DNA of 64,000 nt, from contig JBLDXI010000024.1 of assembly GCA_047495785.1 (NCBI GenBank), positions 2,604,001 through 2,668,000 of the forward strand, read 5' to 3'. The position numbers and the translations under genes were made by a program. The stretch is from Lepidodermella squamata. Taxonomy: Eukaryota > Animalia > Gastrotricha. Positions 1 through 11,719 of this stretch are shown in pieces (positions within the stretch are counted from its first letter, which is position 1; every line of letters begins with the position of its first letter). Under the pieces are notes generated by a model. It worked only from the letters and a program-made list of their open reading frames with translations. It was not told the DNA's origin and made no database searches.

Positions 1-123
1 GCTGGGTTGGAGAAAAACCTGTTTGCCAATGATAATTGACCGTTTTAATGACTTCATTTTATGAAAAAGCAATAAACACCTGTGCTCTGTTTTATTCATG
101 TGTGTTGTTTTACCAATTAACAT

Positions 124-2430
124 TCAAGAGTGTGAAACCCTAGAAACTCGACTAGATCTTCGAGAATCTGAGTTCAAGGTCAATGGAACGCGAGGTTTGA
201 AAATAAGCGGAAAGAACACAATAGCGTGCGTCGAAAACGATACAATGATGCAGGAGATAGATATGACGATATCTTGTGCTAAGGGTACATATTCCATAAT
301 GAAAAAAATTGCAATTGTTGCCAGGAACAAAGTCGAGATATTGACAACAGCAACCAAAAAGTGTTTATCACTCGCTTGTTTGAATCTTGCTGATCTGAGT
401 TGGTAAGCGATAGCGCAAGAAGAAGCGAGTAGGGTGGCATGAATGATTAAGAGGGCTTCAAATTGGAGATCTCGGCTGGCTGAGTAGCATGAGTCGACGA
501 AACTGTCGATAAAAGCGTCTTCAATCTCATCATAGTCTGACAAAGCTCTAACAGGGAAGCTTTTCTTGACCGGCGGAAATATTATGAACACGATAGCTAG
601 GGTTAGTAATACCGCGCCAGAGAAGGTTAAACTGCCAAATATAATTTTCTGCTCTCTTTCGTTTGACAATTCAACTACCGAGATGCTGAAATCAATTGAG
701 GCTTTCCCAAATGAACGTGTTCTAAGCCTCGGTCTGATGTAATCTTTCGAGGCCCTTTTCAGCAGATAAACTTTCAGAAAAAGATAGCTAGATGTCATAG
801 CAAATCCGAGAACTAGAATCACTGGACGAGCGATGCAAAGTCCATCGCCGAGATCTGAGAGATTCAAAGCGAACAGAATGGCAGATACTGCTAGTAGCAA
901 GCACCCTATTGTGAAGATCACATCCCCAATCTTTTGCCTTATAAATATTGCGCCTTGCGCTTTGAAAGATGAAGTTACGAGCAGAGATAGAATGAACAAA
1001 ATCGAAAGACTGGAGAACACAATCAATGCATATCTTCCAGCTGAAGAAATGTTCATAGTTATTCTCACAGATTTCGCAAAGTCTCGCGGGCGATCCCAGT
1101 TGATGTTGGAAACTTTCTCAAGCTTCAAACTTTTTACATCGTAATCCTCAGAATTCAAACGAATTGTTCGATAGTGTAGGGTTAAACCGTTTTCGCGAGT
1201 CCATCGAGCAAAGTAATTCGGTTCTTCGTCCATTTCTAACCGAGCGCTGTACCTTACCCGGCCAACTCTTAACCCATCAAAGTCAGTTAGCTGCATACTT
1301 TGATTAACAGCCAACATCACGTCCATCGGTTTCGATCGATAGTCCTTTAGAGACATGTTTTTGATGATCAAAGCCTTCTCAGCGCGGTCGAGAGCAAGTA
1401 TGTCCATAAGTTGCCGATCGTAGCACCCAGTTCTGTCCTCAAAATCTGCAGGGAGCCGAGAAGGGTTCGAGTTCGATGTGAGAGCATCGTCCAATATCTT
1501 TGTGCTGTAATTGAGATAGCTTGAAGACGCGAAGTTCTCAAAAGAAGATTGCGCTGTTCCGTATAAGATAATTCGCTCGTACTGGTCGATCATCACGTTC
1601 TTAGTGCACCCGTCCGGGCTTATGTCAGGTTGCGTTCTCGGGTCCAATGAGACCGCGTGCGGTGCGATAAAAACATACCTCGAGCGACGCATTCCAGATT
1701 TGAAAGCGAGGCATAGGAACGACATGATCACCGGCACTTCGACAATCTGTAACACAATGATCCTCGCTCCGCTTGCCTTCATAGCAGTGACAACAGCAGA
1801 GTTCACGCCAGAGGCAGCGTCAAAGAAAATGAGTTGAATGCCTTGCTGCATGGATTGATAGTAAAACCCAATCGCTTGCATTGTGTTGTACTGATTATCA
1901 GCGTTTGCGTACTGAGCCACCTTCAACCAGCCATTTTCTTTGAGAAACAGAATCAAAGCTATGTTGTTCAACTCGGCGGGCAATCGAGTTCGGAAGAGGT
2001 TAGGGTAGCTTTTACGGTTTGAAGTAAAAAGAGGATTCAAACAAGCTGATGCAAGCATAACTCGATTAAGGTGGTGAGCCGTTGATCCGACTGCCTTGCA
2101 TCCCGGGGTGAAGCCGATTCCGTTGATGATTGGCGAGGGTATTTCGTCCATATTTGACTCAGCACGCCTGATTGCATTGATTGTCCCAGCCATGGCGAAC
2201 AGACTGCCAGGCCCTTCGTCGACAAAGTCTGGTACTAGCTGGTAGTCGGGTAGAATATCACTGCGGTTATTGACCGCTTCGATAGCCAGTGTCATAGCTG
2301 CCATGCAGATTCTGCCATCTTTCGGGAAATTTCCCGTTCGTTGAACAATGTTCAAAAGCCTCAGGTTGAAAGGCTTCCTAGCTTCAACCAGAAGGGTAAC
2401 TAAGAGATAGGTTGTTATTAGGATTCGCAT
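124..2430 (-). CDS. Intronless class C GPCR with GABA-B-type architecture (signal peptide, Venus flytrap domain, 7TM, no Cys-rich domain), 768 aa
   Basis: Single ORF with signal peptide. AIEAVNNRSDILPDYQL and YPNLFRT motifs of ANF/Venus-flytrap domains, followed by seven hydrophobic segments including CIARP in TM3. Paralogous to 5973-8372. Confidence 0.85.
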   Translation of the reverse strand: MRILITTYLLVTLLVEARKPFNLRLLNIVQRTGNFPKDGRICMAAMTLAIEAVNNRSDILPDYQLVPDFVDEGPGSLFAMAGTINAIRRAESNMDEIPSPIINGIGFTPGCKAVGSTAHHLNRVMLASACLNPLFTSNRKSYPNLFRTRLPAELNNIALILFLKENGWLKVAQYANADNQYNTMQAIGFYYQSMQQGIQLIFFDAASGVNSAVVTAMKASGARIIVLQIVEVPVIMSFLCLAFKSGMRRSRYVFIAPHAVSLDPRTQPDISPDGCTKNVMIDQYERIILYGTAQSSFENFASSSYLNYSTKILDDALTSNSNPSRLPADFEDRTGCYDRQLMDILALDRAEKALIIKNMSLKDYRSKPMDVMLAVNQSMQLTDFDGLRVGRVRYSARLEMDEEPNYFARWTRENGLTLHYRTIRLNSEDYDVKSLKLEKVSNINWDRPRDFAKSVRITMNISSAGRYALIVFSSLSILFILSLLVTSSFKAQGAIFIRQKIGDVIFTIGCLLLAVSAILFALNLSDLGDGLCIARPVILVLGFAMTSSYLFLKVYLLKRASKDYIRPRLRTRSFGKASIDFSISVVELSNEREQKIIFGSLTFSGAVLLTLAIVFIIFPPVKKSFPVRALSDYDEIEDAFIDSFVDSCYSASRDLQFEALLIIHATLLASSCAIAYQLRSARFKQASDKHFLVAVVNISTLFLATIAIFFIMEYVPLAQDIVISISCIIVSFSTHAIVFFPLIFKPRVPLTLNSDSRRSSRVSRVSHS

Positions 2431-2894
2431 TGTCTGTAGAGGTTAGAATGCAGTTCTTTCTGTCTTCACGCAGTTATATATGGCTGGAGGCGGTTGGATG
2501 TTGACAACTTTGGTCACGTTGGTGCTCATGAAGAAATCGGATAACCTTACGAACTCAAATTTTCGACTTAATCTCAGTAAGTAAACCGATTGCGTGGCAG
2601 TAACCCGACATTAACGTATCTATTTCCAACTGTTAAAACGTTTTCATTGACAGGTAATTTCTCTGGAGTGTTTTCATTTACGCAAGCGACATGCGTGAGA
2701 AACGAGCTGTCTGAATGATCACAACATTCAAAACATTTCAAAATGATGCATTTTTGGAAATGAATCTCTGATTAGTTGTCCTTATGAACTCACAAGAGGC
2801 TCAATATCAGCAATTACTGTTGAGTGTTGTTTTTTTTCTCGAATAAACAAAAAGCTATAACTTAGCTGCCAATTTATATTAGAAAATTATTAAT

Positions 2895-4274
2895 TTAGAG
2901 ACTCAGAGTCCTCATCAAGTTATTTGTTAAAGCATCGACTTCATTCTGCTGATAGACATCCGTTTTGTAGCGCCGGTAGACGGAATCGATAACCGGCCGG
3001 ATCATGACGTCAGCGATTCGCGGGTGATTTCTGCATAGTGCTTTTACAGACCTCCAGCGGACCTCTCTCAACTGTTCAACATAGCCGACAATAGCCCAGA
3101 AATGCGCGATACGAGCGGCAGCGTCGATTTCTGAGTTGGCAGTCGAAGTGATGTGCTTCGAAACAAGTCGCCTGAGAGTTTCTTTATAGTCGTTCAGTTT
3201 CGCGCAGGTTCGTTGGCTTACTAGTTTTATTAAAATTAATATAACATATTACTATCACAATGAACAAATTGAATTAAACCTGCTGATGGATCTGCTCCAT
3301 TGCAGAATATAATAGCCATGAACATAGCCTTCTCCGCGGGTTGGAGAGGAGGCTCGAGGGATCGGATGCATGTGTTCATCTGATTTGTAGCCCCCATCAT
3401 ATCCTGAGGTAGTTCAATTAGTTGATGAGAAACAGAATGGGTCAACAAACAACAACTCACAAATACTTCTGGCCACTGGTGGATCATTTTCGTAATCATA
3501 AGCTCCTGGAAAGACTCGATGACATTCTTATGGCCCGGTAGAGCTGTTTCAGCGTAGAACATGATGGCGTAGCTTGACTCGACCAAGTAGCACATCTCAG
3601 CGATTGGTATCTCTGGGCTGTCTGCTAAATGCTGCATCAACGGAAGCTTGTACTCAACCAGCTCCTGGATGCACCAACTGATGAGGTGCCAAAATGCATT
3701 CACTTCATTTGGTATGTGATCTTTCAAGTTTTTCGCTTGGAGAATAGGTTTGTCGATCAGATAATCGGTGTCAAATTTTAGGACGATATTTTTTAACAGA
3801 TTGTCCCGAAGTGTCGGGTCACTTTGACGGGTTCTTCTCGAGAGCTTCTCACGGGCCCAGTTGCTGATCTGAAGGAAAGGATCGTCAGCTGCGGTTTCCA
3901 TGTTGAATCGCTTGTCGGCGTTCACTTTCAAACAAGCGTATTTAACTAAGCGGCAGAGTTTGCAGGGGAAATTTCTCGTTAGGTTGCAAGTGAAATCGCC
4001 AGCTCCAGTGCACGTAATAGTCAATATGTATTCCAATCGAAACATTGTTTCCGCTCTATCAACAAATCTCTACTAGTAAAAGGCTTAAAATTTGAAATAA
4101 TAAGGCAAGCTTTCTCTTACTCCACATCTTTCGTCAAGGTGAACACCTAGTTTTGTTGGGAGATGAGGACTTGCGGCATTGCAAAGCTTAAAAATGTGAA
4201 ATTAGGTAATCCCATAAAAATAAATGAATTACCTCACAAAATCCAGCTTGGAATTCGGCGTCAAAGATTGACAT
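2895..4274 (-). CDS. Divergent nuclear receptor (C4-type DBD plus LBD), 4 exons
   Basis: Exons 4274-4233, 4186-4121, 4069-~3280, ~3220-2895 joined by GT-AG introns of 46-59 nt keep frame. Product reads FCELC..DERCGRFVDR..TCTGAGDFTC..PCKLCR, followed by an LBD-like helical region (EKAMFMAIIFCN). Confidence 0.75.
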
Positions 4275-5972
4275 GATGTTGTGTAGATTTTAGTGTAGTT
4301 CACTCAGTTCAGGATCATAACCTCTTAAATCTCTAAGGGAATGTTAGGAAATGAAACATACAGCAACGTATAAAAGGCTAATAGGAAGGATAGTGAAATG
4401 GATTGAATAGAGAGGACAATAATTGACTGTGAAAATTGTTTACACAGCAATTTATTTAGTGGTTTTTTGAGTTTTGTAGTACATAAATGGCTGTGTAGAG
4501 TACACGCAGGAGAAAAAACAACCTGCCTGATAGCATTAAATACAAAAACTAAGTTGCCTGCGTGTACTTTTTTGTGCGCGGAGCCTGAGAACATTGCTTA
4601 TTATTAGTGATCACGCCATTTTCTATTCATTATTAAATTTTTAGTGATATCACTGCTGTGCTGATGTCAAAACGAGTAGAGGACATGATAAGAAAGCAAG
4701 CTGTTCCGAGGCGTTATATATACCGCAGGATTATCTGATAAAAAAGAAAATCCTGTACGCTTTCTTAAATGGTTCTTGTAAGGTTCGTAATCCGCCATGG
4801 TACTTCCGCTAATTCATGTGTAGCGTAGCCACTGTTATTTCCGCCACGTCTATGAACAATGCCGCCACGAATAATTCTATCCTCCAGGTGACATTTCCGG
4901 TCAAGCTAATTGCGTCATAATTCCTGTCTATATTATCGCTTTCACGCACCTCGTAGGGTGCCAAAACCGTCCTCAATGCACCAAGTGTCTGTGAAGTAAA
5001 AACACATTTTGGCATCGCTATATCGCAGATGGATACATTGAGCTTACATTTTCTGACTCGAATAGGCTTTAAAACGGTTTTTTAGACTACGCTAGTATTA
5101 ATCTCTAGGAGATATTCATTTTAATTTCTGTTCATCCTGTCATCAAACTTGTTCTTTTCGCGAGCTGTTTTGACCTGAAGTGGCTTACTTCATTTAATTA
5201 CCAGTGGGAGCTAGAAAAGAACGAACATTTCTGATAGCAACAAGTCAGACAGGCTAATCTATATGTTTTCACGATAATTCGAGGAAAATGGCTCACGTTT
5301 AGTAATGACGTTGTTTTTCTCAAATCAAAAAGCTGCCTTTGCTATTATTAATGCGACGTTAACATGCATCGGGACTCATGAACAACTAATCGTAGATGAG
5401 TCGTTTGACAGGCAACCGCACTTCGCTATTACAGGAGATCCGCGTCTACGCAAAGCCAAAAAGGCTCATCTTCATAAGGCCATCGCTAAATGTTTTCATC
5501 AAGCTCATGTCTGCAGATTAAACAGACAGAACAACGAAATAAAAAAGCCCATCTAGAGCAGAAGATAAGGCGAAAATAAGGAGTGCCACAAAGCTATGAT
5601 TCCACCCAACAAAATCCAGCTTAACTGTGTATTGATTGAAATCAACAGGGCTAATCCTCTAGACCTTTAAAATTAAAGTTTTGCTTCGCAATCTCTCCAA
5701 CTAGAAGTCTACTTTAATGCCGTTCATTCAACTGATTTTATTCAAAACGAGTGCAAATATGCGTATGAATTGTCGGGTTTGTGTAACATAAATATTGTCC
5801 AGGTGTATGTGTTGGCGTTGATGACTGAATCAAAATGTTAAATAAATAATTATTTCGAACTCTGTGGGAGGGCAGTCCTGCAAGATTGCACGAAATTACT
5901 ACTCGCAACCTATCACATTACTTCTCAAGAACATCTTAATTTCATACTACTCTAAAGAATGAGGTTCAAAGC

Positions 5973-8372
5973 TCATCCCCGTGAGTTTGGCATTGCATCC
6001 GAGTGGGCAGACCCTGCAACTCGGAAACCATGGTTTGCTGCTGATTTCCAACATCTGCCAAGTGCTGAACCGAATACGCTGAAGAAAACACTCGCAGAGA
6101 TTGAAATCGACACCACAGCCACAACAAGAAGCTGAGTAGGCTGATTGGCGGAACTCCCGCTGAGTATGCCGACGATGGCTAGGGTTGCACTGAACAGCGT
6201 AGTCACATTCCACGTGACGATTCTGAACAACTTATTCCGCCCTCCAGGGTCTTTATACCGCTTAGTGCTGTAGGCGCGGAAGGAACTGATAAACAGGAAA
6301 AGCAAGTTTAGAATCGACAGAGCGATCTCGCATTTGATAGTCGATGAGTATCGACACTGATAGACATAAATTTCCGTCACGGTGTCACTTGTCCCATCGT
6401 AAAAGGGTAGCTCGAAACCCGGGGTGAGGACTAAATTCGGCTTGTCCAGGCCCATTGTGATAGCAAGGCAGACAACATTTATTGTCGCAAATGCGAGAAC
6501 AAAAATGATCGAACCATTCCTGGTTAATCTATAAGACGCATGAACGCGAACATAAGATCGGGCTCGAGATCTAATTCCTTCTCTCGAATGGCTAGTTGAG
6601 CGCTCGTGGAAGTTGCCAACAACGTTAGCCGTCACGTTCCTTGACGGCCTATGGGCTTCAGATGCCAGAAGAAACAGTTGAGCCATAAGGGCCGGGTTGA
6701 TCATGGAAAATCCAAGAAGCAAAATCATCGGGCGCGCTATGCAAGACAAAGCTGAGTTTTTAGCGAAATCACTGGTGAATAAAATCGCCGCGACATTCAG
6801 CAATAAGCAGCCGATTGCTAGAATGATGTTCATAGTCAACCGAAACCGGCTGAATGTGGGTTTTTTGAGAAAAAGCAAGGCTAGGATGACAATTTTTGCG
6901 CAAAGAATCAGCGATGTTATCGAGGTAATCCCCACAAAGGCTGAAAATGGAACCTGATTTATCTCAACGACTTGTGTCACTGAGTCTTTGGGAGGCCTGT
7001 TCGCTGCTCCGGTGCCCCATAGAACAGAATTTACTGCTTGCAAGTAATAAGCATTCGCGTTGTCCCAGGAAGAGTTCTCCTCGCGGTAAACCTTGTAATG
7101 AAGCCGCTGACTCTCACCGGGCTTCCACGATAAAATGTACATTGCTTCGTCGTCGGCCTCCAATCGTTTCGTGTATTTCAGCCTCCCAGCTCTCAAGCCA
7201 ACGTAAGTCATTGCAGCAATCGTTTTGTTCGTAACATCCATGACGTATTGAGGATCGCGACGATAGTCTTTCAGTGTCATATTGACCGAATTTAATTTCT
7301 GCTCCGTTTCTTGCAGGACAACGATGGTTTGCAACATCCTGTCGTAGCATTGATGCCTGTCCTCCCAATCAGTTTGCTTGGTTCTGTTGCTGTACTCGAA
7401 GAATTGTCTCTCAAATGAGGTCAAATCGTAACCAAGCAATGACGTCGGCCCGTTGTTTTCAAGAGCTGCGCCTGTCGCTCCAACGGAAAAGCAGCTTTTC
7501 ATTTGCCTGCCGGCCATCTCCCTAGTACACCCAGGCATTATAACATCAGGCAAGCTATCAGGATCGTAGAGAATTGCGAAGGAGAGTATGAAGACGTATC
7601 GTGGCCCGGTTAGACCGACTTTGAGGGTGAAGCAGAGAAAGCTGAGAAAAGTTGGCAAATCGACTGTTTCAAATGTGAAGATTCGCGCACCGCTCTGTTT
7701 CATGCCCATTGCATTAATCTCAGTGAACCCTGGCGCAAAATCGAAATAGACAACTTTGAGCCCGTTCGCCTCGGCGACCTGATTGAAATTCGTGGCGAGT
7801 TGGACGTTGTATAAATTAGCTGAGTTCGCGTAAATACCAACTTTCGTCCAGCCACCTACTTTTTTCACGAAAATCAGCTGGGCGTAGGCGTACATCTCTG
7901 CAGAGATTCGAGTTCGGTACATATTAGGAAATATCTTCCTGTTCGCAGTGTAGATTGGGGCGAGACAGGTTGAACCTATCATAACAGTGTTCAGATGTTG
8001 CACGAAGGATCCCAGCGATTTGCAACCAGGTGTGAAAATAGGTCCGATGATGAGTGGAGACTGAAACGCGTTCTGCGTGTTCTCCATAAAACGAACGTAT
8101 TGAACTCCGGTAGCTGCAGATTTCATACTACCTGGGCCTTCGTCTCTGAAATCTCCGATTAAGCGATATTTCGGTAGGACGTCACATCGCTTGTTGATTT
8201 CATCCATTAGAAATTGCTGAGCGGCTTCACAGGTTTTCCCATTTCGAGGCTCATTTCCAGTATAGCCAACCATCGAAAGGATGGAGAGGGTTTCTGTTTT
8301 ATCGCGACATTGCCCATCACTTTTCCTGATACCTGCGACGACCAATAAGAGGATGAAATAAATTGACTTCAT
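5973..8372 (-). CDS. Intronless class C GPCR with GABA-B-type architecture, 799 aa from MKSIYF
   Basis: Single ORF with signal peptide after ATG 8372. Shares DEGPGS, FTPGCK, HLN-x-VM, CIARP with the 124-2430 gene; 7TM region present. Confidence 0.85.
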   Translation of the reverse strand: MKSIYFILLLVVAGIRKSDGQCRDKTETLSILSMVGYTGNEPRNGKTCEAAQQFLMDEINKRCDVLPKYRLIGDFRDEGPGSMKSAATGVQYVRFMENTQNAFQSPLIIGPIFTPGCKSLGSFVQHLNTVMIGSTCLAPIYTANRKIFPNMYRTRISAEMYAYAQLIFVKKVGGWTKVGIYANSANLYNVQLATNFNQVAEANGLKVVYFDFAPGFTEINAMGMKQSGARIFTFETVDLPTFLSFLCFTLKVGLTGPRYVFILSFAILYDPDSLPDVIMPGCTREMAGRQMKSCFSVGATGAALENNGPTSLLGYDLTSFERQFFEYSNRTKQTDWEDRHQCYDRMLQTIVVLQETEQKLNSVNMTLKDYRRDPQYVMDVTNKTIAAMTYVGLRAGRLKYTKRLEADDEAMYILSWKPGESQRLHYKVYREENSSWDNANAYYLQAVNSVLWGTGAANRPPKDSVTQVVEINQVPFSAFVGITSITSLILCAKIVILALLFLKKPTFSRFRLTMNIILAIGCLLLNVAAILFTSDFAKNSALSCIARPMILLLGFSMINPALMAQLFLLASEAHRPSRNVTANVVGNFHERSTSHSREGIRSRARSYVRVHASYRLTRNGSIIFVLAFATINVVCLAITMGLDKPNLVLTPGFELPFYDGTSDTVTEIYVYQCRYSSTIKCEIALSILNLLFLFISSFRAYSTKRYKDPGGRNKLFRIVTWNVTTLFSATLAIVGILSGSSANQPTQLLVVAVVSISISASVFFSVFGSALGRCWKSAANHGFRVAGSAHSDAMPNSRG

Positions 8373-8768
8373 TTTTCGAAGAAATAGGAGAAATGACTCT
8401 GCAATAACTATCCCCCCTCGATAGAGCCGCACATCAAATTTGATCTCTTCCTTCCTGCATCAGAGGTATGGTAATGTTTTCCTGCCAAATTTTGATCGTT
8501 AATGCATTCTTGCTGTTGTATCGAAGCGAATTCGATCCTGAGAAAGTCCGCCCAGGTATCATATTTTGTTTTCATGCTATGCCACCGTTTTGAACAATGG
8601 ATCGATCGATCTTACAGCAAAAAATCGATCATCCGATTTCTCTCATAAATAATTCCAGCGATAAAGACCAAAAAACCGCTGGATCGACAATTCTTTTTTA
8701 AACGAATCAGCTTTCAGCCATTTAATGCATAAGCCCGAAGGTTGTGTTGGTTAATGCATTTGAGAAAA

Positions 8769-10066
8769 ATGGGTAACTTAGCCATTACTTTGATCGGAAT
8801 CGTCCTCTTTAATTCCGGATTTCTATCCGCAACATTTGATTACTACGAAAAGCGCTGTGCACATATAAACTTGGCGAAAAGTGGTTGGCATTCATACGCT
8901 GAATACAAACTAGAAAAATGCTACCAACTTGTCGATAAAGATTTGACGTGGCAGAAGGCTCAAGAGTTTTGCAACAGCCAGGTTGGACCGAGTGGTTACT
9001 ACGGCGAAGGCCAGTTGGTCACGTTTGACTCTGCTGAAGACCTCAGCACAGTGAAACAATGGCTGAAAGACATCAAATGCCAGTCGCGTGGGGTATGGAT
9101 CGGCGCTAATCGCTGCAACTCGAATAATGACTTCTGCTGGATGGATGACTCGGCGATGGATACTAACGTCCTGAACTTGAACTGGGCCCCCAGCCAGCCA
9201 ATATTCAACATATTCTTCTTCATCAAGGCTGATTGTGTTCAGCTCATACGGGACTCCTTTTGGAATGCCGGGTCGTTCCCCTGTGACCACCCTTTCTGGC
9301 TAAACTCCTTCATTTGTGAATATCGTAAGGCTTTGAATCCGTATTTGAAATAAATTAAGAAATACTCATTTGACAGCAATGTTGCCCGAGGAAACAACGA
9401 CTACCACGACTACTACAACAACTACAACACCGCAAGTGACAACCTCTACTACTTCACTCGGAGCCGTCTCAAACAAGTCATCGAATTTACTGATGGCTAA
9501 ACGGGTCATGTTTGACGGTGCTGAGGTACCACAGGAAGGCTACTCAAACAGCGACTTGTCCAATGGAGCTGATTCGGCTATTCTTACCCGCTTTATGCTT
9601 CAACTTGTTGACAAGATTCTACCGAATGGTCACACTGACAGCCCGGTGTCATCACCATTGCCGCCATTGTCTTCAACCAACCAGCCTTCAAACAGCAAAG
9701 ATGAGCTGCCTGGAAGTAAGTTTTCTCCTTGGTCTTTCCTTAATCCAGCCTAACTGTATCACAAACATAGACACGCTGCTGATAATTGGGGTGTTTATTG
9801 GCTGCGGAGTTACTGTGATTGGGTTTGCCGCTTTTGCAATCTATCGCTACAAAAAGAGTCGCGTCTCGCCTCTAGATGGCGGCATTATCAATACAGCTGG
9901 CGGTACAACTATTATCAACGTTATGCCAGCGGCGAGTGGAGGTATATCAGTTACTGAAACCTCGAAATCTCTGCTTCAAACTCCTCGAACCAAAAGCGCG
10001 AAGCAAAATGCTGAAAATGAAATTAAAGCCGGGTCAGCCGGGCTACCGCCGCCTTATGCTACCTGA
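8769..10066 (+). CDS. Type I transmembrane C-type lectin-domain protein (CTLD, Thr/Ser stalk, TM, PPPY tail), 3 exons
   Basis: KCYQL, TWQKAQEFC, WIGA, FICE motifs. Introns 9325-9376 and 9716-9770 give a continuous frame; intron positions and phases match the neighbouring paralog. Confidence 0.85.
9394..9429 (+). repeat. ACN codon run encoding 12 consecutive Thr (mucin-like stalk)
   Basis: Directly visible ACA/ACT/ACG/ACC run. Confidence 0.9.
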
Positions 10067-10332
10067 AAATTATGAATCAAATGCCCTACAAGGCTCTAAA
10101 TATGACCGCAATCGACCTTAAACGCCTGATATATTATGTATGCTTTCGATTTTGTTTCACTTGCCTCCGAATAAAAGTAAACTTTCTGGAAAATATTCAG
10201 TCTCATATCGAAATGTTAAAATGTGGTTAATGAAAGCACCATGAATAATTTAGAGGTTTTATAGTGCTGCTCGACTACATCTACTTGTTATTTCAGTTTT
10301 GAAGCTTCAATTTCCGCAATATTGCGAATAAA

Positions 10333-11533
10333 ATGCTGGGCATTTTAGGGATCTTACTTGTTAGCTCAGGCCTGGTGTCTTCTCAAATTTATGATAATGC
10401 AACCAAAAATTGCGGATCAGTTAATTACGAGGCCAGTGGTTATCGGACCTTAGCTGATGAATCTCTGGGAAAGTGTTACCAGCTCATTGATAGCCAACTC
10501 ATCTGGGACAATGCAACAATATTTTGCAGCAGCCAAACAGGCCCGAATGGAACTGCTGGCTCTGGAAGGTTGGCCAAATTCACAAACGTTAGCAGCTACG
10601 AACTGGCGTTGATTCAACAGTGGTTACGCGATGTTAATTGGTCAAAGCCTGGAGTTTGGAGTGGGTTGATTCCTTCTTACATCGGTCTCACGTTTTTCTT
10701 TCGCATTGCTATGCAAGTCATGTTTCCACCAGGATGTATTCGACTGGATAAGGCGAAAGATTGGAGCGCCGCTAATTATACCTGCGACCAGTGGAAGGAA
10801 ATTAATTCCTTCATATGTGAATTTCGTTAGTTTTAATGGTCTTGCTATGAATTATTTTAATTTACTGCTCTTCTTTAAGCTATGCTGGACACTTCTACAG
10901 CACCACCAATTTCGAAGACATCAACAAAAAGCTTAGGATCAACAACTTCCTCTCAAGACGGAGCGACTTCAAAGGTTACGCCAGCTGCAAGATTGGTAGT
11001 AACCGATACAGTGAACATAACCTCTTCGACAACTAAAGCCCCAACTCAAGGCCTCGATCAAATGCCTTCAAGTATGTTTTTTTTAGGTCGAAATTTTGCT
11101 CAACCCAATTTTTTTACGTTTCCTAGCAACACTGTTGTTGGTCGGAGTGTTCGTTGGCTTTGGACTGTGTGCTGGAGCTTTCGCAATTTTTGCCGTCGTT
11201 CGATGCAAGAAAAAGCGTAGTCGCACCGATGTTGTACAAGTTGTCCATAATAATGACGACGCAAACGCGCCACCACCCGCCTACGGCGCACACACTCAGC
11301 CGATGCCTATGATGAACGTTCTAGGCCGACAGGTGCATGTGACTCCATCTGCTGTGCCTTACGTCAACGCGACTAACAGAATGTTTTCGCAAATGGCTGC
11401 TATGAAACAAAGTGGCGAAGATCCATTTGCTGGAAAAACAATGCAGCCTGGAGGCGTCGAGGCACCCTATAGCGCTTGGATGATGAGCGAAAACAATCCT
11501 TATGAAGTCGAGGCGAATGAGCAGACGAACTAA
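10333..11533 (+). CDS. Second tandem transmembrane C-type lectin-domain protein (PPAY tail)
   Basis: KCYQL, WDNATIFC, INSFICEF motifs; introns 10826-10879 and 11072-11126. A possible in-frame intron at ~10661-10732 is unresolved. Confidence 0.8.
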
Positions 11534-11719
11534 GGCCAACAGAAAGTTGGAAATTTGGAGTCAACAAAACGATCCAATTTATAAAAATATCCCCTTTCAT
11601 CATCGGCTTCTCATTTTGTTTATTAATCATCGATATTGGAAATAGATGTTTGAATCACTAACCTTGCAGAGCACCAATTTATGATTATACAAATTCGATA
11701 CTTCATTACATTTTTCGAA

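Noticed and set aside
4300-5900. Short ORFs in intergenic DNA (also 32950-33290 and 37400-38900) and the many antisense ORFs over real genes
   Set aside because: No recognisable domains or consistent splice models; the antisense ORFs are shadows of coding strands.
9716-9748. 33-nt intron or dual-frame coding in lectin 1 (ORF 9512-10066)
   Set aside because: The acceptor at 9770 has a CTAAC branch site, keeps the Ser/Pro stalk frame and matches the paralog's phase.
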